DNA of 64,000 nt from Myxococcota bacterium (GTDB taxonomy: Bacteria > Myxococcota_A > UBA9160 > PR03), in NCBI GenBank assembly GCA_041611735.1, contig JBFIML010000002.1:1-64000 (forward strand). The letters run 5' to 3'. A program made the position numbers and the translations under genes. Under the pieces are notes generated by a model, which was not told the DNA's origin, made no database searches, and saw only the letters and a list, made by a program, of their open reading frames with translations. This document shows, one piece after another, positions 48,413 through 57,354 of this stretch. Within the stretch, counting starts at the first letter, position 1, and each line of letters opens with the position of its first letter.

Positions 48413-48963
48413 CCGCGCTGGCCCTCCCACTCCACATCCGGGACGCCGGCGCGCCGGTTCTCGATGCGCGCCATCACGAAGAGCAGATCCGAGAGGCGGT
48501 TCAGATAGCGCAGCGCGGCCGGCTCGAGCGGCTCCACGCGGTGCAGGGCCACGGCGCGCCGCTCCGCCCGCCGGCACACGGTGCGGGCCACGTGGAAGGT
48601 GGCGGCCGCGGGCGTCCCGCCGGGCAGGACGAAGCGACGTAGCGCCGGAAGCTCCTGCTCGAGGACGTCGATGCGCCCCTCGAGGCTCGCCACGTCCGCG
48701 TCGGCCGGTCCGGTCCTGCCGCGCGCAGCGCGGGCGGTGGCGGGAGTGGCCAGGCGCGCGCCGAGGTCGAAGAGCGTGTGCTGGATCGCGTGCGCGAGCT
48801 TGCGCAGATCCTCCTGGGCGGTGGCTGCCGCGCAGACACCGAGTGCCGCGTTGAGCTCGTCGACGCTGCCGTAGGCGTCCACCCGCAGGTGGTCCTTGGA
48901 GACGCGACCGCCCCCGAAGAGGTCCGTCTCGCCGGCGTCGCCCCGCCGCGTGTAGATCTTCAC
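48409..48963 (-). CDS. ATP:cob(I)alamin adenosyltransferase, PduO type
   Basis: KIYTRRGDAGET, AYGSVDELNA, RTVCRRAER, YLNRLSDLLF. Confidence 0.94.
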   Translation of the reverse strand: MKIYTRRGDAGETDLFGGGRVSKDHLRVDAYGSVDELNAALGVCAAATAQEDLRKLAHAIQHTLFDLGARLATPATARAARGRTGPADADVASLEGRIDVLEQELPALRRFVLPGGTPAAATFHVARTVCRRAERRAVALHRVEPLEPAALRYLNRLSDLLFVMARIENRRAGVPDVEWEGQRG

Positions 48964-48988
48964 GGCGGCGAGTATACCGGCCGGGCGA

Positions 48989-49453
48989 TCAGCGTCCCTC
49001 GAGCTCGCGGTCCACCAGGCGCTCGAGCTCCGGGTCCATGGGCTCGGCCCGGGCCACCGAGGGTGGCGGCGCGGCGCGGGTCTGCCGACGCAGGAACCAG
49101 ACCACGAGGGCACCGCCCGCCACGAGCACCCCGGCCGGGATCACGTAGGCCGCGAGACCGAAGCCACGCGGGTCGGGCGTCTGGCGGACCACTTCGCCGA
49201 AGCGGGCCAGCAGCTGCGCCTCCACCTCCGCGCGGCTCTGGCCGAGTTCCTCCTGGCGCCGGATCCAGTCGCGCAGCTCCGTGGCCTGCGTACTCGGACA
49301 GTCCACCAGGGTGCGTCCGGGACAGAAGGGGCTCATGAGCTCCCGGGAGAGCTCATAGGACCAGCCCGGCTCCTCGGCCCGCAAGCCGTCCGCCGCTCCC
49401 AACAGGAGGCCGAGGGCCAGGGCGGCACCGAGAACGAAACGGGATCGTTTCAC
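48989..49453 (-). CDS. Cytochrome c-type biogenesis protein CcmH-like
   Basis: Signal peptide, ELMSPFCPGRTLVDCPS, LLARFGEVV, C-terminal TM helix; GTGA overlap with upstream gene. Confidence 0.75.
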   Translation of the reverse strand: MKRSRFVLGAALALGLLLGAADGLRAEEPGWSYELSRELMSPFCPGRTLVDCPSTQATELRDWIRRQEELGQSRAEVEAQLLARFGEVVRQTPDPRGFGLAAYVIPAGVLVAGGALVVWFLRRQTRAAPPPSVARAEPMDPELERLVDRELEGR

Positions 49454-50334
49454 CAGGACTCGCCCTCCGGCGGCACGGGCTCGAAGGCGGCCACCACCCG
49501 GGCCAGCTCCCGGAAGCCCCTGGCGGCCGGCGCATCCCACTCGGCGGCTTCGCCATAGGGGCGACCGGCGTCCCCTGCGCCGGCCAGGGCCGGGTCGAAG
49601 GGGATGCGGGCAAGCAGGGGCAGGTCCAGCTCCGGGGCCCGCGTCGTCACGTCCACCTCCTGGAAGAGCGGACCCTCGGCCCCACAGCGCGCGCAGAGCG
49701 TGCGTCCCAGGTTCTCCACCAGGCCGATCAGGGGCACGCGGGCCTCGCGCGCGCGCCGCACCGAGCGCTCCACCGCCAGCAAGGAGACCTGCGTCGGGAT
49801 CGTGACGGCGACCGCCCCCGTCAGTGCGGGCAGCAGGCGCACCAGCGCCGGCAGGCGGTCCGCGCCCGGGGGCAGGTCGATCACCAGCACGTCCAAAGTC
49901 CCCCACTCCGTCTCGGCCAGGAGATCCGCCAGGGCCGCGTCCTCGAGCGCACTGCGCCAGGGCGCCCCCTCCCCGGCCGGCCCGTCCCAGGCCAGGGGCT
50001 GGGTGCCCTGGAGGAAGAAGTCCATGCTCTGCACCACCAGCCCTTGCGGCCCTGGGGTGGGGCGCAGCCCCGACGCCGCCACGCGCAGCGGCTGACCTCT
50101 CAAGCCGAGCATGCGGGCCACGGTGGGGCTGTTCAGATCCCCGTCGAGCAGGCCGGCGCGCTCCCCCTGGCGGGCCAGGGCCAGGGCCAGGTTCACAGCC
50201 ACGGCGGTCTTGCCGACCCCACCCTTGCCGCTCATGACCGCGACCGTGCGCCGCACGTCGGCGAGCTGCGCCGCCACCCGAGCCCGGACCTGCGCGAGAT
50301 CGCGGAGCGGCTCCGCTTCCGCAGCCTCTCCCAC
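49450..50334 (-). CDS. Mrp/ApbC/NBP35 P-loop Fe-S carrier ATPase
   Basis: SGKGGVGKT, IDLPPG, GLVEN..CARCG. Confidence 0.88.
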   Translation of the reverse strand: MGEAAEAEPLRDLAQVRARVAAQLADVRRTVAVMSGKGGVGKTAVAVNLALALARQGERAGLLDGDLNSPTVARMLGLRGQPLRVAASGLRPTPGPQGLVVQSMDFFLQGTQPLAWDGPAGEGAPWRSALEDAALADLLAETEWGTLDVLVIDLPPGADRLPALVRLLPALTGAVAVTIPTQVSLLAVERSVRRAREARVPLIGLVENLGRTLCARCGAEGPLFQEVDVTTRAPELDLPLLARIPFDPALAGAGDAGRPYGEAAEWDAPAARGFRELARVVAAFEPVPPEGESW

Positions 50335-50337
50335 CGC

Positions 50338-51213
50338 TCAGATGTCCCAGTGGAGCTGCTCGGACTGCTCCTCGCACCCGGAGTCGCGCTGCATCTGCAG
50401 GCGGGGCGGCTCGATCTGGACCTTCGAGCACGGCGGCACGGAGTGCGTGAGCCAGACGTTGCCGCCGATCACGCTGCCGCGCCCGATCACCGTCCTGCCG
50501 CCCAGGATGGTGGCACCGGCGTAGATGGTGACGTCGTCCTCCAGGGTGGGGTGGCGCTTGCGCCCGCGCAGCGACTCCACCTGATGGGTGGAGAGGGCGC
50601 CGAGCGTCACCCCCTGGTAGAGGACGACCCGGTCGCCGATCTCGCAGGTCTCCCCGATCACGACGCCGGTGCCGTGGTCGATGAAGAAGCGTCTTCCGAT
50701 GCGGGCACCCGGGTGGATGTCGATGCCGGTGCGCGCGTGGGCATGCTCGGTCACGATGCGCGGCACGAGCGGCACGCCGAGCACGTGCAGCTCGTGGGCC
50801 AGCCGGTAGGTGCCGATCGCCCAGATGGCCGGGTAGGCGGACACGATCTCCGCGAAGCCCTCGGCGGCGGGATCGCGCTCGAAGGCCGCCTCCACGTCCT
50901 CGGCGAGGAGCGCCCGCACGGCGGGCAGGCGGCGCAGGAAACGCGCCACCACGCCCTCGGGATCCAAGCCGTTGGGCAGGGACAGGCTGCCCAGGATCCC
51001 GCGCAGGCGGCCGGCCAGCTGCGGGAGATCCGCCCGCAGGGCGCGAGGATCCCGCTGGTGGAGGATCAGGGCGAGCAGGCGATCCGCCCAGTCGACGACG
51101 TCGTGCCGATCGGGAAAGCCCTGGTCGGCGGCCTTGGACAAGGAGTCGTCGCCCGGCGCGGAGAGGGCGGCCAGCGCGTCCCTCAGGCTCTCGTCCACAC
51201 GGTCGGAAGACAT
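50338..51213 (-). CDS. cysE: Serine O-acetyltransferase
   Basis: RDPAA, TGIDIHPGARIG, FIDHGTGVVIGET, KRHPTLED. Confidence 0.92.
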   Translation of the reverse strand: MSSDRVDESLRDALAALSAPGDDSLSKAADQGFPDRHDVVDWADRLLALILHQRDPRALRADLPQLAGRLRGILGSLSLPNGLDPEGVVARFLRRLPAVRALLAEDVEAAFERDPAAEGFAEIVSAYPAIWAIGTYRLAHELHVLGVPLVPRIVTEHAHARTGIDIHPGARIGRRFFIDHGTGVVIGETCEIGDRVVLYQGVTLGALSTHQVESLRGRKRHPTLEDDVTIYAGATILGGRTVIGRGSVIGGNVWLTHSVPPCSKVQIEPPRLQMQRDSGCEEQSEQLHWDI

Positions 51214-51404
51214 GGCTTCGACCTCCCCGACCCCCCGGCAAAGCTTCAGTGTAGCGCCGCAAGCCGCGTCCGGCCGGACTGCCGGCGGGTGTGGCCGGGA
51301 CCCGCGAACGGTGCCTATACTGGCGTCGGCGTTCCCGCTGCGCTCACCCCTGGCATCGGGCCCTGCCTTCCTCCGCGAGCCGGCGCGTCCGGCGGAGGAG
51401 ATGC

Positions 51405-52259
51405 TTGGCCCGCGTCTACAGCCACTCGCGCCTGTCCTGTTTCGAGAACTGCCCCAAGCAGTTCCAGTTCCGATACGTGCTGCGGCTGCCGATGGAAACG
51501 GAGTCGATCGAGGCGTTCCTGGGCAAGCGCGTGCACGCGGTGCTCGAGCGGCTGCACCGCTTCGTACGCCGGGGGCGCGTGCCCGGGCTGCCCAGCGTGC
51601 TGCAGCGCTTCCAGTCCGACTGGGTGCAGCGCTTCGACGCGGCGCGCATCCGCATCGTCCGGTCGGGCGAGCCCGCCGACTCCTACCGCGAGCGCGGCGA
51701 GCGTTGCCTCGGTCACTACTATCGGCGTCACTATCCGTTCGACCGCGAGGAGACGCTCGGGGTGGAGGAGGAGGTTTCCTTCGCCCTCGATCCCCGCGGC
51801 CGCTATCGCGTACGGGGCGTGATCGACCGCGTCGCGCGGGCCCCGGACGGAGCGGTCGAGATCCAGGACTACAAGACCGGCCAGCGCATCCCGTCCCAGC
51901 GGGTGCTGGACGAGGACCGCCAGCTGGCCCTGTACCAGATGGGGCTGAACGGCCGCCTGGGCGGCCCGGGGACTTCGGTGCGGCTCGTATGGCACTACCT
52001 GCTGCACGATCGGGTGCGGACTTCGACGCGCACGCCGGAGCAGCTCGAGGAGCTCGGCGCCCGGACCGTCGAGCTGATCGACCGCATCGAGGCCGAGGCG
52101 GACTTCGAGCCGCGTCCCGGCCCCCTGTGCCGGTGGTGCGAGTACAACGATCGCTGTCCGGCGCAGGCGGACGCGACGCAGGCCGCGCCGCCGCCGCCGG
52201 CCCTCGGGGCCGACGCGTTCGCGCCCCCGGTCACCGATCAGCTCGATCTCTTCGGGTAG
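51405..52259 (+). CDS. PD-(D/E)XK RecB-family nuclease with Cas4/AddB-like 4-Cys staple
   Basis: YSHSRLSCFENCP, VIDRV...IQDYKTG, QLALY, CRWCEYNDRCP; TTG start after GGAGGAG. Confidence 0.86.
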   Translation: MARVYSHSRLSCFENCPKQFQFRYVLRLPMETESIEAFLGKRVHAVLERLHRFVRRGRVPGLPSVLQRFQSDWVQRFDAARIRIVRSGEPADSYRERGERCLGHYYRRHYPFDREETLGVEEEVSFALDPRGRYRVRGVIDRVARAPDGAVEIQDYKTGQRIPSQRVLDEDRQLALYQMGLNGRLGGPGTSVRLVWHYLLHDRVRTSTRTPEQLEELGARTVELIDRIEAEADFEPRPGPLCRWCEYNDRCPAQADATQAAPPPPALGADAFAPPVTDQLDLFG

Positions 52260-52319
52260 CAGTCCGACCGCTTCGCCGCCGCGGTGAAGCTCCCCGGTGG
52301 AGCTGCTAGCGTCGAGGGC

Positions 52320-53078
52320 ATGGGGCTTCGCATCGAACGCATTCCGACTCTCCAGGACAATTACACCTACCTGCTCGTGTGCGAGGCGACGGGGAACGCC
52401 ACGGTGGTGGACGCGCCGGAGGCGGGTCCCGTGCTGGCGCGCGTCGAGGCGCTCGGCGTCCGCGTCGAGAAGATCCTGTCCACCCACCACCACCCGGACC
52501 ACTCCATGGCGAACCCCGCCCTGGCGAAGCGCTGGGGCGTGCCCGTCTTCGGCCACGCCTCCGACTCGGGGCGGCTGCCGGGCATGACCGACGGGCTCGA
52601 GGAAGGCGATGGCGTGCGGGTGGGCGACTGCCGGGCCCGTGTGCTGCACATCCCCGCCCATACGCGAGGGCACGTCGCCTACGTGTTCGACGAGGACCGC
52701 GCGGTCTTCTGCGGCGACACGCTCTTCGCCGCGGGCTGTGGCCGCCTCTTCGAAGGCACACCCGAGATGATGTTCGAGGCCCTGCACGAGAAGCTCGGAC
52801 GCCTCCCGGACGCGACCCGGATCTTCTGCGGACACGAGTACACCGAGAGCAACCTGCGCTTCGCGGCGCACGTGGAGCCCGACCACGCCGCGGTGCGGGA
52901 GAAGCTCGCCCGGGTGGAGAAGATCCGCGCCGCCCGCGCCCCGGACTGGCACGACGCCGGGCCCGGCGAGATGACCATTCCCTCCACGATGGCCGACGAG
53001 CGGGCCACCAACCCGTTCGTGCGCGCCCGCGACGCCGCCGAGCTCGGCCGCCTCCGCAGCCTCAAGGACCGCTTCTGA
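52320..53078 (+). CDS. gloB: Hydroxyacylglutathione hydrolase (glyoxalase II)
   Basis: DNYTY, THHHPDH, GDTLFAAGCGRLFEG, CGHEYTESNLRFA, TNPFVR. Confidence 0.92.
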   Translation: MGLRIERIPTLQDNYTYLLVCEATGNATVVDAPEAGPVLARVEALGVRVEKILSTHHHPDHSMANPALAKRWGVPVFGHASDSGRLPGMTDGLEEGDGVRVGDCRARVLHIPAHTRGHVAYVFDEDRAVFCGDTLFAAGCGRLFEGTPEMMFEALHEKLGRLPDATRIFCGHEYTESNLRFAAHVEPDHAAVREKLARVEKIRAARAPDWHDAGPGEMTIPSTMADERATNPFVRARDAAELGRLRSLKDRF

Positions 53079-53132
53079 GGAAGGGCCGGGGTTGAGCCAT
53101 GGACTGTTCCCGGGTCGTGAGGCCCCAAGAAG

Positions 53133-53579
53133 TCAATGGGTCAACAGCGCCCCCCGGACGCGCTCGGCGGCCCAGGCGCTGACACGCTGGATGGCCTCCA
53201 GGGCGTCCCCGCGCCCGGGCCAGTGGGCGCGCACCAGGTCCGGGTGGGTGGCGTTCACCAGCCGGGAGAGGACGAACCCCACCACCAGCAGGTCGTCGAT
53301 CAGGGCCACCGGGCCGAACAGCAGGTCCGGGATCAGATCGAAAGGCGAGAGCAGGTAGCCGAAGCCGAGCGCCGCCACGACCTTCGACCTCCAGGGGACG
53401 CGCGGCTCGCGCAGCAGACGCGCCAGCAGCACGGTGAGATCCGGCAGCAGCAGCAGCAGGTCCCGCAGGCTCGAGCCCGCTCCGGGGCGGGGCGTCACCA
53501 CCTGGGCGCGAAGCCGGTCGTAGAGGCGTCGCTCGCGCGGGTTCAGCTCGATCACGAACGGCGTGTCGGCGTCAGCCAT
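53133..53579 (-). CDS. DUF1232 (YkvA-like) membrane protein
   Basis: YLLSPFDLIPD...IDDL. Confidence 0.8.
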   Translation of the reverse strand: MADADTPFVIELNPRERRLYDRLRAQVVTPRPGAGSSLRDLLLLLPDLTVLLARLLREPRVPWRSKVVAALGFGYLLSPFDLIPDLLFGPVALIDDLLVVGFVLSRLVNATHPDLVRAHWPGRGDALEAIQRVSAWAAERVRGALLTH

Positions 53580-54082
53580 GACGTTCCTCCGGCCCCGGCC
53601 GTCTCTGCGATGCGAAGCTCGAGGCACCGATCGCCTCCATCATAGATCTCCGTGGCGAAGAGCGGGCGCCGCGCCGCCAGGAGCCGGGGCAGCAGCTCGG
53701 CCACGTCACCCACGAGCGGGAGCTCGCGGAGCCCCGCCAGGGGCTGCCAGGCCAGCTCGACGCCCCTCCCGGGCTGCAGCCCCCGCGTCGCGCTCTCGCC
53801 CACGAACAGGAAGACCACGTAGTCGTGGCCGAGCAGGCCCTGCTCGTGGATCACCCCGCGCAGCTCGAGCGGCGCGTCGAGACCGGTCTCCTCGCGCAGC
53901 TCCCGACGCGCAGCCGCCAGGATGTCCTCTCCGGCCTCCACGTGACCCCCGACCCCGTTCCAGCGCCCGGCGAAGCGGTCGCTCCCGGCGCCGTGCCGGA
54001 GCAGCAGGACCTCGTCCCCGTGGCGTACGAAGGCCACCGTGGCGAGGCGCACGCAGTGACGCGCCGAGGCGCCCCCGCTCAT
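53552..54082 (-). CDS. NUDIX hydrolase
   Basis: GGHVEAGEDILAAARRELREETG Nudix box; ATGA overlap with SDR. Confidence 0.88.
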   Translation of the reverse strand: MSGGASARHCVRLATVAFVRHGDEVLLLRHGAGSDRFAGRWNGVGGHVEAGEDILAAARRELREETGLDAPLELRGVIHEQGLLGHDYVVFLFVGESATRGLQPGRGVELAWQPLAGLRELPLVGDVAELLPRLLAARRPLFATEIYDGGDRCLELRIAETAGAGGTSWLTPTRRS

Positions 54083-54882
54083 CCGCAGATGCCCTCGCCG
54101 CCGTCCACCCGGATCACGTTGCCGGTCATCCAGCCGCAGGCCGGGGACGCCAGCGCCACCAGCGCGCGGGCCACGTCGTCGGGGGTGGTCAGACGACCCC
54201 TTGGATTGCGGGCCCGGGCGTCGCTCACGAGCCGCTCGTGGCCCGGGACCTTGCGCAGGGCCGGCGTGTCGGTCACCCCGGCGCAGATCGCGTTCACGGT
54301 GACCTCGCAGGGGGCGAGCTCGAGGGCGAGCTGGCGCACGCCCGCCTCGAGGGCCGCCTTGGCCAGGGCGACCGGCCCGTAGGCGGGCCACGCGACGCCC
54401 CCGCCCGCGCTGGTCATGGCGAACAGCCGCGCCCTCCGTTCGAGCAGGCCTGCCGCGACGAGAGCCTGGGTCCAGTCCACGCAGCTCGTGGCCATCACCT
54501 GGAGGGTCATGGCCAGCTGCGCCGGGGAGACTGCGTCGGCGGCGCACTCGGCCACCAGGGGCTTGAGCGTGCCGAAGGCGAGCGAGTGCAGGAGCACCCG
54601 CACGCCGGGGCCGTCGCCCGCCTCGGCCCGCAGCGCCTCCACCACCTCCGTGCGCCGCTCCGGATCGTTGGCGTTCACGTTGAAGAAGCGCGCGCGGCGG
54701 CCCGCCGCCTCCACCTCCTTCCGCACGCCCTCGGCGGCCGCCAGCGTCCCGCGCCGGTCCAGGTGGACGCCGCACACGTCGAGCCCCGCCGCGGCAAAGC
54801 GCCGCACGGCAGCGGCTCCGAAGCCGCTGGAGGCACCCAGCACCAGACACCAGCCCGGCTCGAGGACGAGGTCAGCCTCCAT
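54079..54882 (-). CDS. SDR oxidoreductase, enoyl-ACP reductase (FabL-like)
   Basis: LGASSGFG, YGPVALAKAALE (Yx6K), GNVIRVDGG. Confidence 0.82.
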   Translation of the reverse strand: MEADLVLEPGWCLVLGASSGFGAAAVRRFAAAGLDVCGVHLDRRGTLAAAEGVRKEVEAAGRRARFFNVNANDPERRTEVVEALRAEAGDGPGVRVLLHSLAFGTLKPLVAECAADAVSPAQLAMTLQVMATSCVDWTQALVAAGLLERRARLFAMTSAGGGVAWPAYGPVALAKAALEAGVRQLALELAPCEVTVNAICAGVTDTPALRKVPGHERLVSDARARNPRGRLTTPDDVARALVALASPACGWMTGNVIRVDGGEGICG

Positions 54883-56452
54883 CGCCTCCCGCTCCCCGGC
54901 GCGGCGCCGCACCCCGACGCCGGCTCGGGCCGAGCAGTCCCACCAGGGGACGCCCGTCCACCGGGCCCAGACGCAGACCGAGCATCCGCGCCAGGGTCGG
55001 CGCCACGTCGGCCTGGTGGATCTCGGGCACCCGGATGCGCGCCCGGAAGCCGGCCCCCCAGGCCACGAATCCCGCCTGCATCCCGGGCCGCTCGGGCAGA
55101 TAGCCACCGGCCGCCCGCAGCGACGAGACGCCCACGGCGGGCCCGCGTGCCGCGTCCTCGAAGCGGTAACCGGGCTCCGCCTCGAGTCCGAACCAGGCCT
55201 CCGGATCGGCGCCCAGGCGCAGCATCTCCTGGGCCGAGACGATCCGGAAGGCCCGGGTCTCGGCGGCAGCCGCGGCCAGGGCGCGACGCGCGAGCACCGC
55301 GGCGTCCTCGTCCCGGGCGTAGAGGAAGGCGGAGCCGCCGTTCGAGCGCACCACGGCGTTCCAGCGGGTCAGGACGCCGTGCTTGTCCACGCTGACGAGG
55401 CCCGCCTCGGCGAGCAGCGCGTTCGGCCGCACGGCGGTGTGTACCGCCAGCGTGCCGTGGTCGCCTGCGACCACCACGGCGGCGCGCTCCAGCCGCCCGG
55501 CCCGGTCGAGGCAAGCGAGGATGCGTGCGAGCTCCGCGTCGGCCCCGGCGAAAGCACGACGTGCCTCCTCGGACTGCGGCCCGTGGGATTCGAGGGCTGC
55601 GGCGGTCTGCGACAGGCGGAGCAGCAGCAGGCCGGGCGGTGCGTTCGATTCGAGCACCGCACAGGCGACGCTGGCCAGCACCGCGTCCCGCTCCGGGCCC
55701 GGCCGCGCCGCGGCAGGAGCCTCCGCCCCGGCCCCCCGGGCGAGCTCCGCCAGCCAGGGGGTCGCCCATTGGTCCAGGAGCCCGGCCCAGGTCTCGCCGC
55801 TGCGGCGCGGCAGGACGTCCGGCAGCAGGCCGGCAACCGCCGCTCCACCGGTGGCGGGCCAGTCGAGGGCCGCCGCCGGCAGGCCGGCCTCGCTGGCCAG
55901 CTGCCAGAGCGTCGGGGCCCGCACGTGACTGGCGTGGGCATGGAACTCCGCTCGCACGCCGCGGTCGCCGAGCAGCCGGTCCGCAGGCACCCCGTGCCGG
56001 GCAGGTTGCTGACCGGTGACGAGGGTGGTCAAGGCAGGGTACGGGGCCGGCGGAAAGGCCGGCACCAGGGCGTCGGCAGCCAGTCCCTGGGCGGCCAGGC
56101 CCGCCAGGGTGGGCATGGCGGGCACCGGATCGAGATAGCGCTCCGGCGACAGACCGTGCACCGCCACGAGGAGCAGGCGCTCGGGAGGCACCTCCGAGGC
56201 CGGCGTCCGCAGGACGAGGGCGGGCGCGGTCCCAGCGGGAGCGACTGCCCGCGGCGTCGTCCCCGGCGCGCAGGCCAGGACGAGCGTCGCCACGCTCGCT
56301 GCCACCCCCGCCGCACCCCGCCCCCTGCCACCTCGTGCCGGAAGGCCGGCTCCGCCTCGGGGAGCTGCGGCCCGGCCACGGAACGCGGACGCCGCGCGCG
56401 GACCCGGCGCGTGAACTCGCGCCGCAACGACGCGCTGGGGACGCGCGATCAC
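54872..56452 (-). CDS. Alkaline-phosphatase-family nucleotide pyrophosphatase-like protein, probable lipoprotein
   Basis: VLAC lipobox; TLVTG..PARHGV, VAGDHG, DVAPTLA; start uncertain (GTG 56452 or 56305). Confidence 0.7.
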   Translation of the reverse strand: MIARPQRVVAARVHAPGPRAASAFRGRAAAPRGGAGLPARGGRGRGAAGVAASVATLVLACAPGTTPRAVAPAGTAPALVLRTPASEVPPERLLLVAVHGLSPERYLDPVPAMPTLAGLAAQGLAADALVPAFPPAPYPALTTLVTGQQPARHGVPADRLLGDRGVRAEFHAHASHVRAPTLWQLASEAGLPAAALDWPATGGAAVAGLLPDVLPRRSGETWAGLLDQWATPWLAELARGAGAEAPAAARPGPERDAVLASVACAVLESNAPPGLLLLRLSQTAAALESHGPQSEEARRAFAGADAELARILACLDRAGRLERAAVVVAGDHGTLAVHTAVRPNALLAEAGLVSVDKHGVLTRWNAVVRSNGGSAFLYARDEDAAVLARRALAAAAAETRAFRIVSAQEMLRLGADPEAWFGLEAEPGYRFEDAARGPAVGVSSLRAAGGYLPERPGMQAGFVAWGAGFRARIRVPEIHQADVAPTLARMLGLRLGPVDGRPLVGLLGPSRRRGAAPRRGAGGDGG

Positions 56453-57354
56453 TAGCTGAAGATTCCGCGCCGCTCGCGGCGCCCCCGCTGCAGCAGCGCG
56501 CCGATGCGGCTGCGCACCTGCTGGACCTTGACCTGGATCTCGGCGTCGTCCTCCTCCGGCGAGCCCTCCACGTGGAGCGGCTCGCCGAAGTAGATCCGGT
56601 ACTTGGTGGGCAGGGGAAGCAGACCCAGCGGCCCGAGCCACGGGAAGGTGGGAGTCAGCGGGAAGGCCGGCATGCCGAGCAGCCGCCCGAGCCGCGGCAG
56701 GTTCGTCAGGGCCGGCTGCTGCTCCTCGGATCCCACCACGCCGACGGGAACGATGGGCGTCTCCGTCTCCAGGGCGAGCCGCATGAAGCCGAGGCCGAAG
56801 CGCTGGAGTCGATAGCGCTCGCGCCAGGTCTTGTTCATGCCGCGCACGCCCTCGGGGAAGACGAGCACGCACTCGCCAGCCTGGAGCATCTGGGCGCACG
56901 TCTCCGGAGTGCCCACCACGAGGCCACCCCGCGTCATCACCACGCCCACCCACGGCAGGCGGGCGAGCCAGTACTCCCCCATGGCGCGCACCAGGCGGGG
57001 CGGCTCGGCCTGGAGCAGCATGGAGACGGCGATCATCATGCCGTCGAAGGGAAGCTGACCCGCGTGGTTCGCGACGAGCAGGGCCCGTCCGGCAGGGACC
57101 TGCTCGATGCCGTGGACCGAGACCCGGAAGTAGTGGCGATGGAGCAGCGTGGTCAGGAGCGCCACCTGACGGATGCTATCGGGATGGAAGCCGAACGGAT
57201 CGTAGCCGTACTCGTTGAGCCGGGTCGGCACCTTCCGGATGCGATCCTCGATCTCGCGCTCCAGCTCGCGCACCGAGAGGGGAACGAAGGCCCCGGCGAG
57301 ATCGCGCGCCGCACTCGCGAAGCCGCTGCGACGGACCAACGCGGACTTCCTCAC
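56452..57354 (-). CDS. Lysophospholipid acyltransferase (PlsC family)
   Basis: VANHAGQLPFDG (HxxxxxD), LVFPEGVRG, FMRLALET; GTGA overlap with upstream gene. Confidence 0.88.
   Translation of the reverse strand: MRKSALVRRSGFASAARDLAGAFVPLSVRELEREIEDRIRKVPTRLNEYGYDPFGFHPDSIRQVALLTTLLHRHYFRVSVHGIEQVPAGRALLVANHAGQLPFDGMMIAVSMLLQAEPPRLVRAMGEYWLARLPWVGVVMTRGGLVVGTPETCAQMLQAGECVLVFPEGVRGMNKTWRERYRLQRFGLGFMRLALETETPIVPVGVVGSEEQQPALTNLPRLGRLLGMPAFPLTPTFPWLGPLGLLPLPTKYRIYFGEPLHVEGSPEEDDAEIQVKVQQVRSRIGALLQRGRRERRGIFS

Noticed and set aside
51405-52259. CRISPR-Cas system
   Set aside because: No repeat-spacer array or other cas genes anywhere in the window
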